Shown here in pieces: positions 63,344 to 64,000 of a DNA stretch of 64,000 nucleotides. Position numbers and translations under genes: made by a program. This stretch comes from Mytilus trossulus (Eukaryota), in assembly GCF_036588685.1 (NCBI RefSeq), contig NC_086376.1:17236001-17300000 (forward strand), in the 5' to 3' direction. Each line of letters opens with the position of its first letter. Positions within the stretch are counted from its first letter, which is position 1. Under the pieces are notes generated by a model. It was not told the DNA's origin. It saw nothing but the letters and a program-made list of their open reading frames with translations, and ran no database searches.

Positions 63344-64000
63344 TGAAATGTCTAGTGAATCACAGTACGATTTCTTATGTAGCACACATGTTTGTAATTT
63401 AATTATTTTAATGAAAACAGTATTGTCAATTCGTCGTAAGCTCCATATGTTATATTTGTATGAAGTCTTTGATACCCAGCTTATGGATAACCATCTACTC
63501 CACTACAATGTTCCAAACAGTTACATGCAAACTTTTGCCATGCACACCTGGAATCACCTACAGGTTCACATATACCTATTGAAAACAACAATGACATATA
63601 AGTGAATAATGAAGTGTTCATTTTGCAAATGTATCCACATACAAGATACCTCCGATTAACCATTAAATCAAGTATTATTTTGTTTTAATTTACATACAAC
63701 ACAGGTATACAAAACAATTTTTTTTCAGCAGTCATGAAACTAATAAAAAAAATCAATCAGCTATAGGTGCAAAAACATACAACACATCTGTGCCATACAT
63801 TAGTTTTAGAATATAATGAACCCTTAAAATAGCAGTAGATAGGTATTGTAAAGAAAGATGACGACCGGGCGGAAGCGCGTGAAATTTGAATAACCACTTA
63901 AAAAGTGTCAGTATGTTTGATAATGAGATAAGTTTTGCCATGTAACAAGACATACTTTCCGTGTGATAAAATATATTTGAATAAGATATGTAAGACCGTA

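Noticed and set aside
60100-64000. Short ORFs in the last 4 kb
   Set aside because: AT-rich or repeat-derived, with no domain or consistent splice pattern seen

Overview
AT-rich, intron-containing animal DNA. The repeat families and retrozyme type point to a mytilid bivalve (Mytilus-like); this is an inference. Host genes: (1) a minus-strand tandem cluster of five two-exon secreted Brorin/VWC2-like genes (one full VWC plus a 4-Cys half domain), four intact and one pseudogene (2.7-28.7 kb); (2) a minus-strand Ig-V/transmembrane receptor locus with one signal-peptide exon (49.0 kb) and two duplicated Ig-stalk-TM modules (42.9-45.1 and 30.7-33.1 kb); (3) a divergently oriented plus-strand Ig-like TM gene lacking the canonical Ig cysteines (57-60 kb). 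Between the two Ig modules is a very young 9.05-kb Ty3/Gypsy element with 1.44-kb near-identical LTRs, GTCG TSD, tRNA-Lys PBS and one intact 1570-aa ORF encoding NC-PR-(pseudo-dUTPase)-RT-RH-IN but no recognisable capsid. The rest is mobile DNA: about six copies of a ~354-nt hammerhead-ribozyme retrozyme (two with intact cores, one inside a VWC gene), Penelope-like fragments nested in a CR1 LINE, an L2 fragment, a TTAA/Kolobok-type MITE, Helentron-like and Crypton-like elements, and a 21-bp palindromic satellite. All coordinates were read by eye and may be off by a few bases.
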